Source of the DNA: Candidatus Eiseniibacteriota bacterium
GTDB lineage: Bacteria; Eisenbacteria; RBG-16-71-46; CAIMUX01; VGJL01
Assembly (NCBI GenBank): GCA_963792585.1
Contig: CAWBWI010000003.1
Coordinates: 320,001-384,000, forward strand
Reading direction: 5' to 3'
Length of the DNA: 64,000 bases
Shown: positions 11,145 through 20,864 of the stretch, in pieces
Layout: each line of letters starts with the position of its first letter
Numbering within the stretch: the stretch's first letter is position 1
Made by a program: the position numbers and the translations under genes
The notes under the pieces: generated by a model
Seen by the model: the letters and a program-made list of their open reading frames with translations, nothing else
Told to the model about the DNA's origin: nothing
Databases searched by the model: none

Positions 11145-11442
11145 GATATCCTCCCTTCATCCACCTCCCCACCCATGAGCGGAAGGTCATTCCCACCTAT
11201 GAGTCTACGGCCCGGCGTAACAGGGCGGCACGCGGGATCTTGCCAATTCCTGTATTAGTTGAACTTGGTCACCGCAAGGCCCATCACGACCACAACCCGC
11301 AACGTGAGAGTCCAGGATACACCTTTGGGTCTCCGACGAGGCGTCCACGGAGTCGGTATTCCAGAAGGGCGGCGAATAATGCCCCTGGAGTCGTGGGTTT
11401 CGTGGGGTAAAACGCCCCGGCCTCCAGTGCGTCTCGAGCGGG

Positions 11443-11468
11443 GTTCACGCGTAACGTTCACGCGTAAC
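11443..11468. repeat. Perfect tandem 13-bp direct repeat (GTTCACGCGTAAC)x2 in a divergent promoter region
   Basis: Read directly; each unit is a near-palindrome; a TATAAT lies at 11496-11501 on the + strand. Confidence 0.75.
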
Positions 11469-11577
11469 GTGCAGCTCAAAGGGTGCATTTTCCGCTATAA
11501 TCGAACCGCTGTGATTCGGGCCGCCAAGTTCCGAGGGTCCGGTGGGCCTGACACCGCACCACTAACCGGAGGGAAAC

Positions 11578-12708
11578 ATGCGATCTGATTCTGCCGCGAT
11601 CCGGTGCTGCTTCCTGGCCGCACTGGTTCTGTTGTCTTCACCCGCGGGGACCGTGTCGGCCGCCGAGCTTCGCCTGACGCCGCTCCTCGATTCTCCAGAA
11701 GATCTCGTGCGCGTCGTTCCACTCACCCAGGGCGGGGCTGCGCTTCTCGATCAGCGAGGAATCGATGTCGTGCGGCCGGGAGAAGCCCGCGTGTCCGTGG
11801 TCCGCGCCAGCGATGGACAACGTGTGGTCATCGCCGATGGTGGCGGGTTCTACGGAATCATCACGCACCGCGACGGACCGGCGGACTTCGCTCCGACGAA
11901 GTCCTTCGAATTGCGCTCCATGGACGGCTCACTTGTCTGGTCCATGGGGGCCACAGAGGACGTCACCTATGCAATCTCGTCCACCGGGGCCGTCGTGGGG
12001 TTGAGCCTCAATATCAACACTCCCGAGCGCAACGCCCTCCATTTCTATGGTGCGGGTGGCGTGGTGAACGCGACGAAGACGATCCCCATTCTCACTGGAG
12101 GGAAGTTCGACGCGGATGGACGCGTATTCACCGCCCAGAGCGCCACCGGCGGGATCCAGGTCTTCGATCCGATCGGGAGTCTCCTCTGGACCGTCGACGA
12201 TGCGAAGATGTCCGCAACGACGCCGGGGGGACAGATGACTGCGGTTCTGCGCACAGGAAGCCTGCGGCTGCTGCGGGCCGGAATCCCGATTGCGGAAATT
12301 CCGATCGAGTCCGACTTCCTCGTCCGGCGCATCGCGATCGCCCCCGACGGAAGTCGTACGGCGATCGCAGGGAAACACGAGATCCGCGTCTATGACAGCG
12401 CCTTGGCGCAGACGGCCGTGATCCAGGCCGGAGCCGACGCATTCTCCTGGACCTCCATCGATGTCGCGGCCTCGAACGGATGGCTCTTGGCATGCGTAGC
12501 CCGGGATCTCGGTCCCACGATGCCGGTCGATCACCGCCATCCGGACGGTGAGGTTCGGGCGTACGACGCCTCGGGCACTCTCGTCCACCGCGCGAGCCTC
12601 CGGTTCGGCGTCTGGAACATTTTCACGCCCACGGCCATCCTCGATCGCTCGGGTCGTGCCGCAACCATAACGACGCGCCGGTCGGTCTACAGGACGGTGC
12701 TGCCATGA
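11578..12708 (+). CDS. Secreted hypothetical protein, probable beta-propeller
   Basis: GGAGG RBS, signal peptide, WD40/PQQ-like blades (IAIAPDGSRTAIAG, FDPIGSLLW); stop overlaps the next start (ATGA). Confidence 0.6.
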   Translation: MRSDSAAIRCCFLAALVLLSSPAGTVSAAELRLTPLLDSPEDLVRVVPLTQGGAALLDQRGIDVVRPGEARVSVVRASDGQRVVIADGGGFYGIITHRDGPADFAPTKSFELRSMDGSLVWSMGATEDVTYAISSTGAVVGLSLNINTPERNALHFYGAGGVVNATKTIPILTGGKFDADGRVFTAQSATGGIQVFDPIGSLLWTVDDAKMSATTPGGQMTAVLRTGSLRLLRAGIPIAEIPIESDFLVRRIAIAPDGSRTAIAGKHEIRVYDSALAQTAVIQAGADAFSWTSIDVAASNGWLLACVARDLGPTMPVDHRHPDGEVRAYDASGTLVHRASLRFGVWNIFTPTAILDRSGRAATITTRRSVYRTVLP

Positions 12709-14339
12709 CGCGGGAGGAAATGATGAGAAGGCTCACAATGATCTGCGCATTCACGCTCTTGGCGCTTGTCTTCGGGTCCACGGCCCATGGGGAGCCGTGG
12801 CCGTACCAGCCTTTCGACCAGCCGCATGGTGTCGGAAACGCCTATGGCGAGTACCAGAACTACGGCGGGAGCCCGTATTACCACGACGGGATCGACCTCG
12901 TGACGCCCAGCGGTCCGACGCAGACGTATTCCGTGTCGGCCGCAACGGTCACCCACCTGACGTACGACGACCCTTTATATAGCGGGATCATGATAGGCGA
13001 ACCGGTCTCCGGTGGGCAGGGGTGGCTATACTGGCACATCAACTCGACGACGTTTCAGTACGACGTGGGGGATTTCGTGCCCCTGCATGGTTATATCGGA
13101 ACGACCGCCAACTGGCCTGTCTCGCAATTCCATCACACGCACTTCAACAGGGTCATCGGGACCGGCGGCTACCCATGGGGATGGTATGAGGCGACGGAGA
13201 ATCCTCTCATCCTCATGGAGCCCCGCACCGATCCCGATCCTCCCGTATTCGAGACCACCTACAACGGGAAGATCTTTGCATTCGGACGGCAGGGCGCGTC
13301 GACTTTGCTGGATTCCAACGCGCTCACTGGCGACGTGGATATCATCTCGAGGATCAAGGATATCGTCGGGATGCCCCAGTGGGGGCTGAGCCCCCTGTCG
13401 ATTTGGTACTACATCAATGGGGCCACGCAGTCCATCCCGCCGACCCGCTCGGTCAGCTTCGCCGGCCACATTCCGCCAGACAACACCATAAGCACGATCT
13501 ACAGGACGCAATCTCCCCTGAATACGCAGGGCAACTATGACTCGCGTATTTACTACTTTATTGTTACCAACACGGACGGCGACGGCTTCGTCGAGTCCAC
13601 GGACGGGGCATACTGCTGGCAGACCGCGACCTTTGCGCCGGGCGACTACTGGGTCTATGTGCGCGCGACCGATGCCGGATCCAACGCCACGGTCGACAGC
13701 ATGATGTGTACGATTGCAGGGGCAACGAACCCAAGCGCCGTTCTCCCGGAGACCGCGCACGACTTTCAGGGCGTGCCGCTGAACACGACGGTGACCTGGG
13801 ACATCCGTGTCCAAAACGTCGGAGCCGACCCGTTGTCGGTTCGCGCGGTGACATCGACATTGCCGGAGTTCAGGGTGAACCGTTCTCACTTCTTCGTCCC
13901 CCCGGGCGGCGAAATCCCGGTCACCGTGTCGTTCACTCCGACGGCGATTCAGACCTACCTCGGCATCGTTCAGATCAAGACGAACGATCTGCTCCATCCA
14001 CAGTTCAACGTGGCGGTGCAGGGCCAAGGTCTCGATCCGGCCGCTGTGGATGGGGCGTCATCGGCACTCCGCTTCGGGGTGAGGGGGACCTGCCCGCGCG
14101 GCAGTGGCCTCGAGGTGGTCTATGCCCTTGATCGTCCCGGGGACGCGACGATCGAGGTCTTCGATGCGTCGGGCCGCAAGCTCAGGGAAATCATGTCGGA
14201 AGGGATGGGAGCCGGCATTCACTCCTGGATCTGGGATGGCGCAGACGAAGCGGGGCGCAGAGTATCGAGCGGGGTCTACTTCGTCCGGCTCCGGTCGGGA
14301 ATTCGCGTCGCGTCGGGGTCCGGTGCCCTCCTGCATTGA
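12705..14339 (+). CDS. Secreted M23-like metallopeptidase with Ig-like (ASH/choice-of-anchor D type) and C-terminal FlgD-Ig domains
   Basis: Signal peptide; HDGID and HTHF zinc motifs; V.N.G..PL.V...VSFTPT Ig domain; IEVFDASGRKLR...WDGADEAGRRVSSGVYFVRL terminal domain. Confidence 0.7.
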   Translation: MTREEMMRRLTMICAFTLLALVFGSTAHGEPWPYQPFDQPHGVGNAYGEYQNYGGSPYYHDGIDLVTPSGPTQTYSVSAATVTHLTYDDPLYSGIMIGEPVSGGQGWLYWHINSTTFQYDVGDFVPLHGYIGTTANWPVSQFHHTHFNRVIGTGGYPWGWYEATENPLILMEPRTDPDPPVFETTYNGKIFAFGRQGASTLLDSNALTGDVDIISRIKDIVGMPQWGLSPLSIWYYINGATQSIPPTRSVSFAGHIPPDNTISTIYRTQSPLNTQGNYDSRIYYFIVTNTDGDGFVESTDGAYCWQTATFAPGDYWVYVRATDAGSNATVDSMMCTIAGATNPSAVLPETAHDFQGVPLNTTVTWDIRVQNVGADPLSVRAVTSTLPEFRVNRSHFFVPPGGEIPVTVSFTPTAIQTYLGIVQIKTNDLLHPQFNVAVQGQGLDPAAVDGASSALRFGVRGTCPRGSGLEVVYALDRPGDATIEVFDASGRKLREIMSEGMGAGIHSWIWDGADEAGRRVSSGVYFVRLRSGIRVASGSGALLH

Positions 14340-14401
14340 TCGTTACTGAGCTAATCCCTTGGCTTTGAAGCGATAACAGATAGTCTCCAGCGCTGATGCC
14401 G

Positions 14402-14433
14402 AAGACGCCGGTCCCATCGGGGCCGGCGTCTTT
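14402..14433 (+). terminator. Rho-independent terminator-like hairpin
   Basis: AAGACGCCGGTCCC-ATC-GGGGCCGGCGTCTT stem-loop ending in TTTG, downstream of the M23-like gene. Confidence 0.65.
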
Positions 14434-14577
14434 GTGCGAACGTGAGGGGCTATTGCACGAAATCATAAGGGAGGCTTGTCGTTATGGCTTCCGATACGCT
14501 AGAATTCTTACGGTTTCGTCTCCATCCGGGGGTGCCGGACGGCGCCTCGAGATTTGCTCCATTGAAAGGATCGTGTG

Positions 14578-17500
14578 ATGAGAATTTGGAAGGTTCTGCT
14601 GCTCGGGTTGGCCCTTCTGGGCCTGGTCGCGAGCGTCTCCCAGGCAGAGGTCCGCAACCTCACCCTCTCGTCCGCCAAGAACGAACTCACCCTGATCGAA
14701 CAGCAGGGGGACGCGCTCCACTACCGGGCGCAGATCGGGACGCTGACGGCGATGGACGTGATGACCAGGGAGGGGCTGTTCACGCGGCTCCTGATTCCCG
14801 GTTTCCACACTTCGCATGTCGAAGGCGCCCCGGAACTTCCCATGATGAACAGGATGATCGAGATTCCCTCCGGCGGCCGAGCTCGGATCGAGGTGATCTC
14901 GTCTCAGAGCCGAAGTTACAGGCTGGCCGACCTGGGGATCGACAACAGGCTCATGCCGGCCCAGCCGAGCATGCCCAAGAACGCCGATCCCGCGACATGG
15001 CCGTTCGTCTACGACGACCGGGCCTACGCGTCGCCTCGCGTCGCCCTGGATCTCGTCCGGGTGGCAGAGGTGGGGCAGCTCCGCTCCGTCGAACTTGGAC
15101 GGCTCGAGGTCTCGCCGGTCAGTTACTTCCCCACGGAAGGGCGGATCGAGGTCCAGGAATCGATCGAATTCCGGGTGATCTTCGACGGTGGCGATTCCGC
15201 CGCCGAGGCCGATCTGAAGGATCGCACCGCGAGCCCCTTCTTCGACCCGGTCTACGGCAGGGTCGAGGGCTACCGGGATTTGCACGACAACAATCCCGAC
15301 CGGGTGCGGGATGTCGTCACCATGGTTGTCGTCACGCCGCCCCAGTTCGCCGCCCAACTCCAGACCTTCGTCAGCTGGAAGGTACGCCGCGGATTCAACA
15401 CGATCCTCGCGGTGACGGGAAGCCCTCCCGTCGGCAGCACGAAGGAAGAGATCAAGGCCTACATCACGGGATTGTACAATAACGGAACGGCGCAGCAACC
15501 GGCCCCGAGTTTCGTCCTGTTCGTGGGCGACGTCGAGCAGATGCCGACCTGGATGATCAACGGCGACGCGACGGACCGGCCCTACTGCGACATCGTCGGG
15601 GACCAGGTCCCGGACATCTACTATGGCCGCTTCTCGGCAACGAACCCTACCCAGCTTCAGGCGATGCTGGACAAGACGCTCATGTACGACCAGTTCACGA
15701 TGCCCGATCCAAGCTATCTGAACGAAGTCGTGATGATCGCCGGCATGGACTCGAACTATGGTCAAGTCTGGGCGAACGGCCAGATCAACTATGGAACGAC
15801 TTACTACTTCAATGAGATCCATGACATTCTGAGCCACACGTATCTCTATCCAAATTCCGGTAGCCAGGAAACGGCGATCATCGCGAATCTGAACAGTGGC
15901 GTCGCCTATGCGAACTACACTGCGCACGGTAGCGAGACCTCTTGGTCGGATCCGAACCTGACGCAAGCCAACGTCAACGCCCTCACCAATACCGGCAAGT
16001 ACTTCCTCGGGGTCGGCAACTGCTGCCTGACGAGCACCTACGACTATCCCGAGTGCCTGGGCGAGACGATGATCCGCGCGGCGAACAAGGCGGCGATCGG
16101 ATACATCGGCGGAAGCAACTCCACGTACTGGGACGAGGACTACTGGTGGGGCGTAGGCTACACGTCCAATATTGTGGAGCATCCGACGTACGAGGCGACC
16201 GCGACGGGCGCATACGACGGGTTGTTCCACGACCGTCCCAACGAAGCCGACATGGGGCAGTGGTACGTGACGAACGACGCGATCATCTTCTGCGGAAACC
16301 TGGCTGTCATGGAATCCGGATCGAGCCGCATCGCCTATTACTGGAACATCTACAACTTGCTCGGCGATCCAAGCCTCTCGACCTATCTCGGCGCGCCGGG
16401 ATGGAACAACGTCGTTCATCCGACGACGGTCTTCACGAACTGGAGCACCATCGATGTCCAGGCCGCCGCCGGCAGCTACGTGGGGCTTACCAAGGACGGG
16501 GTTCTCATCGGCGCGGGCACGGTGGATGCGACAGGAAACCTCGTTCTCCCCATATGGGCGGAACCCCTGACGCCCGGCACGGCTCACATCGTTGTCATGG
16601 CGCAGAACCGTCAGCCCTATCAGGCGGACATCAACGTCCTCGTCCCCGCGACGGTCATCATCGACCCGAGCACGATCGACGCGAACGTCACGACGGCGAT
16701 CGATGTCGGCGTCTACGAGTTCGACGGTGTCACCCCGAAGCCCGGCGTCGACGTCTGGGCGGCGGGTCTGGACTATGAGTCCGTCCATGCCATGACCGGC
16801 GCCGACGGGCATTGCACGCTCAGCGTGACCTACCCCTACGGCCCAACGCTCGACATCATCGGGAAGTATCCGTCGGATCCCTACGTGCTCTTCGCCCGCG
16901 CGATCAGCGTGCGCGCACAGCTGCTCACACAGCCGGACCTCTGGGTGACGACGGACATCGGCATGCAGAACATGTTCGCCCTGAACTTGCCCGGAGTTCT
17001 CCATGTGCAGGTCGGTCAACCCGGGCACACTCTGTTCGCCTTCTTGAACGGAAGCCCGGTGGGGAACACGACGGACACGAGCCTCCAGATCACACCGGCC
17101 GAAACGGGCGAGGTCGAAGGGATCATCGCCGTGAGCGGCTACAACCTGTATCGGGAGAACTTTGCGGTCGTCGAGGCCTATGGGACCCTGACCGGCCACG
17201 TCACGGCGGGAGTGGCGCCGGCGGTCGGAGCGGTCGTGACGGGTTACGACGGCACTAATCAGGAGGTGTTCCAGGCAACGACGAACGCCCAGGGCGACTA
17301 CAACGTTGGCGAGGACATCCTCTGTGCGCCCTACACGATCAAGGCCGACCTGTTCGGCTTCTTGCACTGGGAACAGTCGTACTTCGTCAACTACGGACCG
17401 AATGTCCTCAACATCGCCCTCGACGCCGCCCCGAGCGGCATTCTGAGCGGATTCATCACCGAGACCGGCACGGGCACGCCCCTCGAGGCGACCGTAAAAG

Positions 17501-19350
17501 TCTATCGCATGGACAACGGACAGCTCTATACCCAGACGACGAGCAGTCCCGTGGACGGATCCTTCGCGACGACGAGCCTCCCATATTTCGACTACAGGGT
17601 GGTCGTGAAGGCCTACCGGCACATCCCGGTAACGATGACGATGACGATCGATGAACCGAACGAGAACGTGCTCATCGCCCTCGACCCGACGATCGGGGAT
17701 ATTCTCCTGATCGACGATTCGGCGAAGAGCGGGACGAATCCGGAGAAGGTGGACGAGAAGTCAGGCCTGGTCCTGGCCGATGGCTATGTGTCGGATGACG
17801 GGAAGGCCGCGGTCGACCTGGAGAACGACCTAACGGACCTCGGCTATACGGTCACCGTCGAAACGATGCCGGCGTCGAACCCTGCGGACTGGCCGAACTA
17901 CGACATGATCATCAGTTCCAGCGGTAACAGGACCGATCCCCTCGCGAATGCGACGTTCAGGACAAACCTCGTCGCCTACGTGCAATCGGGCGGTCACCTG
18001 TTACTCGAGGGCGGCGAGGTCGGTTACGACCATTACGGCGATTCGGCATTCGGCACCACCGTCATGCACTCGACCGACTGGAACGCGGACCAGAGTGGGA
18101 ACGTCACCATCGCCACGCCCACGCACCCGGTGGTGAGCGTGCCCAACGTCATTCCGGGTCCGATCGCGATGACCTACAGCGGCTACGGCGATGAGGATGC
18201 CATGGCAGTGCGCCCGGATGCCGTGAAGGTCTGCTCCTGGTCGAGTTACGCCAACGACGCGAGCATCATCGCCTATGATCCCAACCCGGCGCCGGAGGGC
18301 GGCCAGATCGTCTTCTTCTGCCTGAACTACTCGGCGATGGACGCCTCCGTGCGACCTCTCCTGCTGCAGAATACGGTTGTCTACCTGATGACGCCGGAAA
18401 TCGGCAACTGCTCGATCTCCGGCAGTGTGACCCTACTCGGGCAGACGGACCACTCGGGCGTCAAGGTCGAGGCGATTCCCAACGGCGGTTTCGTCATGAC
18501 GGCTCCGGACGGGAGCTACTCTCTCAACGGTCTCTTCGCGGGAACCTATACGGTCCGCGCCTCGAAGGACGGCTGGTCGACGGGAGTCGAGCAGGAGTCC
18601 TTGAGCGACGGACAACAGATGACAGGATGCGACTTCATCCTGACCCCGCTCTATACCTACCAGGCATGTCGCCAGCCTCACTTGAGCATTCCCGACAACA
18701 ACCAGACGGGCGTCACCGACCCGATGGGCGTGATGATTCCGGGCGGACCCACGGTCTCCGAGGTCGAGGTCTACGTCAATATCACGCACACATACATCGG
18801 CGACCTCACGGTGAAGATCGCTTCGCCCGACAACACGACGGTGATCCTCCACAATCGGACGGGCGGCACGACCGAGAACATCGTGGGGTGGTATCCGGGG
18901 GACATCACACCGAACCAGAGCCTCGATGCTTTCATCGGGAAGCTGGCCAACGGCGTTTGGCGCCTGACGGTCATCGATCAGGCGGGTAGCGACATCGGCA
19001 CCCTGAACGAGTGGTGCCTGAGGATCAAATACGGTGCGGACGTCGCGGATGCCGAGAATGACACGAAACCGCTCGCGCTCGCGCTCGAGCCCGCGCGGCC
19101 GAATCCTGCCGCCCCCGTGACGGCGATCCGTTTCGATCTGCCGAGTGCGAGCACGATCGATCTCGCCGTTTTCGATGTGACCGGCCGGCGCGTGGTCACG
19201 CTCGCCGCGGGACTGACGGAGGCGGGCCGCCACGAGGCGGTCTGGGAGGGTCGGGACGATCAGAGGCGGGCGGTCGCGACCGGTCAGTATTTCATCCGGA
19301 TGACCGTGGACGGGCGAAGCCTGACCCGCAAGCTGCTGCTCGTCCGGTAA
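14578..19350 (+). CDS. C25 (gingipain) family cysteine protease, Lys-gingipain-like, with propeptide, Ig/carboxypeptidase-regulatory-like repeats, proprotein-convertase P-domain and FlgD-Ig C-terminus
   Basis: Signal peptide; propeptide GAPELP; LFVGD, YYGRFSA, NYTAHGSETSW (His), GNCC (Cys), YNLLGDP; VNITHTYIGDL...NGVWRLTVID (P-domain); VFDVTGRRV...WEGRD...ATGQYFIRM. Confidence 0.92.
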   Translation: MRIWKVLLLGLALLGLVASVSQAEVRNLTLSSAKNELTLIEQQGDALHYRAQIGTLTAMDVMTREGLFTRLLIPGFHTSHVEGAPELPMMNRMIEIPSGGRARIEVISSQSRSYRLADLGIDNRLMPAQPSMPKNADPATWPFVYDDRAYASPRVALDLVRVAEVGQLRSVELGRLEVSPVSYFPTEGRIEVQESIEFRVIFDGGDSAAEADLKDRTASPFFDPVYGRVEGYRDLHDNNPDRVRDVVTMVVVTPPQFAAQLQTFVSWKVRRGFNTILAVTGSPPVGSTKEEIKAYITGLYNNGTAQQPAPSFVLFVGDVEQMPTWMINGDATDRPYCDIVGDQVPDIYYGRFSATNPTQLQAMLDKTLMYDQFTMPDPSYLNEVVMIAGMDSNYGQVWANGQINYGTTYYFNEIHDILSHTYLYPNSGSQETAIIANLNSGVAYANYTAHGSETSWSDPNLTQANVNALTNTGKYFLGVGNCCLTSTYDYPECLGETMIRAANKAAIGYIGGSNSTYWDEDYWWGVGYTSNIVEHPTYEATATGAYDGLFHDRPNEADMGQWYVTNDAIIFCGNLAVMESGSSRIAYYWNIYNLLGDPSLSTYLGAPGWNNVVHPTTVFTNWSTIDVQAAAGSYVGLTKDGVLIGAGTVDATGNLVLPIWAEPLTPGTAHIVVMAQNRQPYQADINVLVPATVIIDPSTIDANVTTAIDVGVYEFDGVTPKPGVDVWAAGLDYESVHAMTGADGHCTLSVTYPYGPTLDIIGKYPSDPYVLFARAISVRAQLLTQPDLWVTTDIGMQNMFALNLPGVLHVQVGQPGHTLFAFLNGSPVGNTTDTSLQITPAETGEVEGIIAVSGYNLYRENFAVVEAYGTLTGHVTAGVAPAVGAVVTGYDGTNQEVFQATTNAQGDYNVGEDILCAPYTIKADLFGFLHWEQSYFVNYGPNVLNIALDAAPSGILSGFITETGTGTPLEATVKVYRMDNGQLYTQTTSSPVDGSFATTSLPYFDYRVVVKAYRHIPVTMTMTIDEPNENVLIALDPTIGDILLIDDSAKSGTNPEKVDEKSGLVLADGYVSDDGKAAVDLENDLTDLGYTVTVETMPASNPADWPNYDMIISSSGNRTDPLANATFRTNLVAYVQSGGHLLLEGGEVGYDHYGDSAFGTTVMHSTDWNADQSGNVTIATPTHPVVSVPNVIPGPIAMTYSGYGDEDAMAVRPDAVKVCSWSSYANDASIIAYDPNPAPEGGQIVFFCLNYSAMDASVRPLLLQNTVVYLMTPEIGNCSISGSVTLLGQTDHSGVKVEAIPNGGFVMTAPDGSYSLNGLFAGTYTVRASKDGWSTGVEQESLSDGQQMTGCDFILTPLYTYQACRQPHLSIPDNNQTGVTDPMGVMIPGGPTVSEVEVYVNITHTYIGDLTVKIASPDNTTVILHNRTGGTTENIVGWYPGDITPNQSLDAFIGKLANGVWRLTVIDQAGSDIGTLNEWCLRIKYGADVADAENDTKPLALALEPARPNPAAPVTAIRFDLPSASTIDLAVFDVTGRRVVTLAAGLTEAGRHEAVWEGRDDQRRAVATGQYFIRMTVDGRSLTRKLLLVR

Positions 19351-19372
19351 TCGATCTCGAGGATCCACGCAG

Positions 19373-19410
19373 GAAGGGGTGCGGCCGCGCAGGCCGCACC
19401 CCTTCTCTTT
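19373..19410. terminator. Rho-independent terminator between convergent genes
   Basis: Perfect 14-bp stem GAAGGGGTGCGGCC / GGCCGCACCCCTTC, 5-nt loop, followed by TCTTT. Confidence 0.8.
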
Positions 19411-19424
19411 CCGACGGCGATGGG

Positions 19425-20648
19425 CTACATTGCAGCCCGGATGGTCTCCCCCAAACGTCGGGTACCTTCGCGGATCTGCTCTGTCGTGGCGTTGGAGAAG
19501 TTCAGTCGCATGGCGTTGAAGCCGTCCGACTCGCCCGGATAGAAGGCAAGGCCCGGAACATAAGCAACCTTCCTCTCGACGGCTTTCGGGAGCATCTCGG
19601 CGGTGTGGACAGCCTTCGGTACGCGGGCCCATAGAAAGAGGCCGCCCTTTGGGTGGGTCCAACTGCAGCCCTCGGGCCAGAATTCCTCGAGACCGTGGAG
19701 CATCGCGTCACGCCGATCGCGATAGACGCCACGAAGCTTCTTCACGTGCTCCTTGACAATGCCACGCTCGCAGATATCTCGGGCGATCATCTGGACGAAT
19801 GTTCCTGTGTGCAGGTCGGCTCCCTGCTTCGCTTGAACGAAGCGGGTGATGATTGCCTTCGGCGCCACGATCCAACCAATCCTCAAGCCGGGCGCGAGCG
19901 TCTTTGAGAAGGTGCTCAGATAGATCGTCCGCTCGGGGGCGAGGCGGAAAATGGGGGTGATGTCCTCACCTTCATAACGCAACTCACCGTACGGATCGTC
20001 CTCGATGATGATGAGATCATGCTCCCGTGCGATCTCGACGAGTCTGATGCGGCGGTTGAGCGGCATCGTGGTCCCGGCCGGATTGTGGAAGTTCGGAAGG
20101 ACATAGAGAAGACGGGGTTGGACCTTCTTCAACATTTCCGGAATCTGCTCGACGAGAATCCCGTCGTCATCCTGTGGAACGGTGAAGTAGCAGGCCTGGT
20201 ATGCATTCCACGCCTGCAACGCCCCGAGGTAGGTCGGCGCGCTCGTCATCACGCAACTCCCCGGCTCGACGAAGAGCTTGCCAATGAGGTCGAGCGCCTG
20301 CTGGGAGCCGTTCGTTATCAGAATGTTGTCCGGCTCCACCCATATGCCGTATTTGGCCATCGTGGTTGCGAGCCACTTGCGGAGCTCGGGATCCCCCTCG
20401 GTGGTGCTGTACTGGAGCGATTCAGGCCCGTACTTCACCAGGATGTGCTCGCACGCTTCGCGGAATTCCCGTATCGGGAAGAGCTCCGGAGCCGGCAGAC
20501 CGCCCGCAAAGGAGATGATGTCCGGCTGTTGGGTCAGCTTCAGCAATTCCCGGATGACCGAACTCTTCATCCCGGCCGTCCGGGCGGCGAGCTTGGGCCC
20601 CCAGTCGATATGCTGCACGTCTCTCAGGAGTTGGTCTTGCTCAGCCAT
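19425..20648 (-). CDS. PLP-dependent class I aminotransferase (LysN/ARO8, 2-aminoadipate transaminase-like)
   Basis: ISFAGGLP, GSQQALDL, PNFHNPAG, IIEDDPY and TFSKTLAPGLRIGW; ATG at 20648 behind GGGGAGG. Confidence 0.9.
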   Translation of the reverse strand: MAEQDQLLRDVQHIDWGPKLAARTAGMKSSVIRELLKLTQQPDIISFAGGLPAPELFPIREFREACEHILVKYGPESLQYSTTEGDPELRKWLATTMAKYGIWVEPDNILITNGSQQALDLIGKLFVEPGSCVMTSAPTYLGALQAWNAYQACYFTVPQDDDGILVEQIPEMLKKVQPRLLYVLPNFHNPAGTTMPLNRRIRLVEIAREHDLIIIEDDPYGELRYEGEDITPIFRLAPERTIYLSTFSKTLAPGLRIGWIVAPKAIITRFVQAKQGADLHTGTFVQMIARDICERGIVKEHVKKLRGVYRDRRDAMLHGLEEFWPEGCSWTHPKGGLFLWARVPKAVHTAEMLPKAVERKVAYVPGLAFYPGESDGFNAMRLNFSNATTEQIREGTRRLGETIRAAM

Positions 20649-20864
20649 CGGATCCTCCCCGGCGGAATCACCCCGCCCATTCCACACGCACCCTGGAAAC
20701 GACCCAAGGAAATCTTCTGACAAATCCGCTCTGCATTCAACATCGCTTATGGGTGGCGCGCCGGGCTCCTGTTCGCGAGGAAGGAAACTCATTGGGAGAG
20801 CGAACTTCCGGGAGATGGCGGCCAAACTCCTCATCTGTGGTATCGGCAGGGCGCGCCCCGCGCT

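Noticed and set aside
11232..11248. Sigma-54 promoter for gdh (TTGGCAAGATCCCGC on the - strand)
   Set aside because: GG-to-GC spacing is 9 rather than the required 10 nt.
9585..11258. 557-aa ORF antisense to gdh
   Set aside because: Shadow ORF with no recognisable domain; the gdh strand has all the conserved motifs.
14482..17622. 1046-aa ORF on the - strand
   Set aside because: Antisense shadow of the C25 protease; no motifs, and expected from strong GC3 bias.
19425..20648. Serine palmitoyltransferase for the ceramide operon
   Set aside because: Motifs are class I LysN/ARO8 type, not the alpha-oxoamine synthase family.
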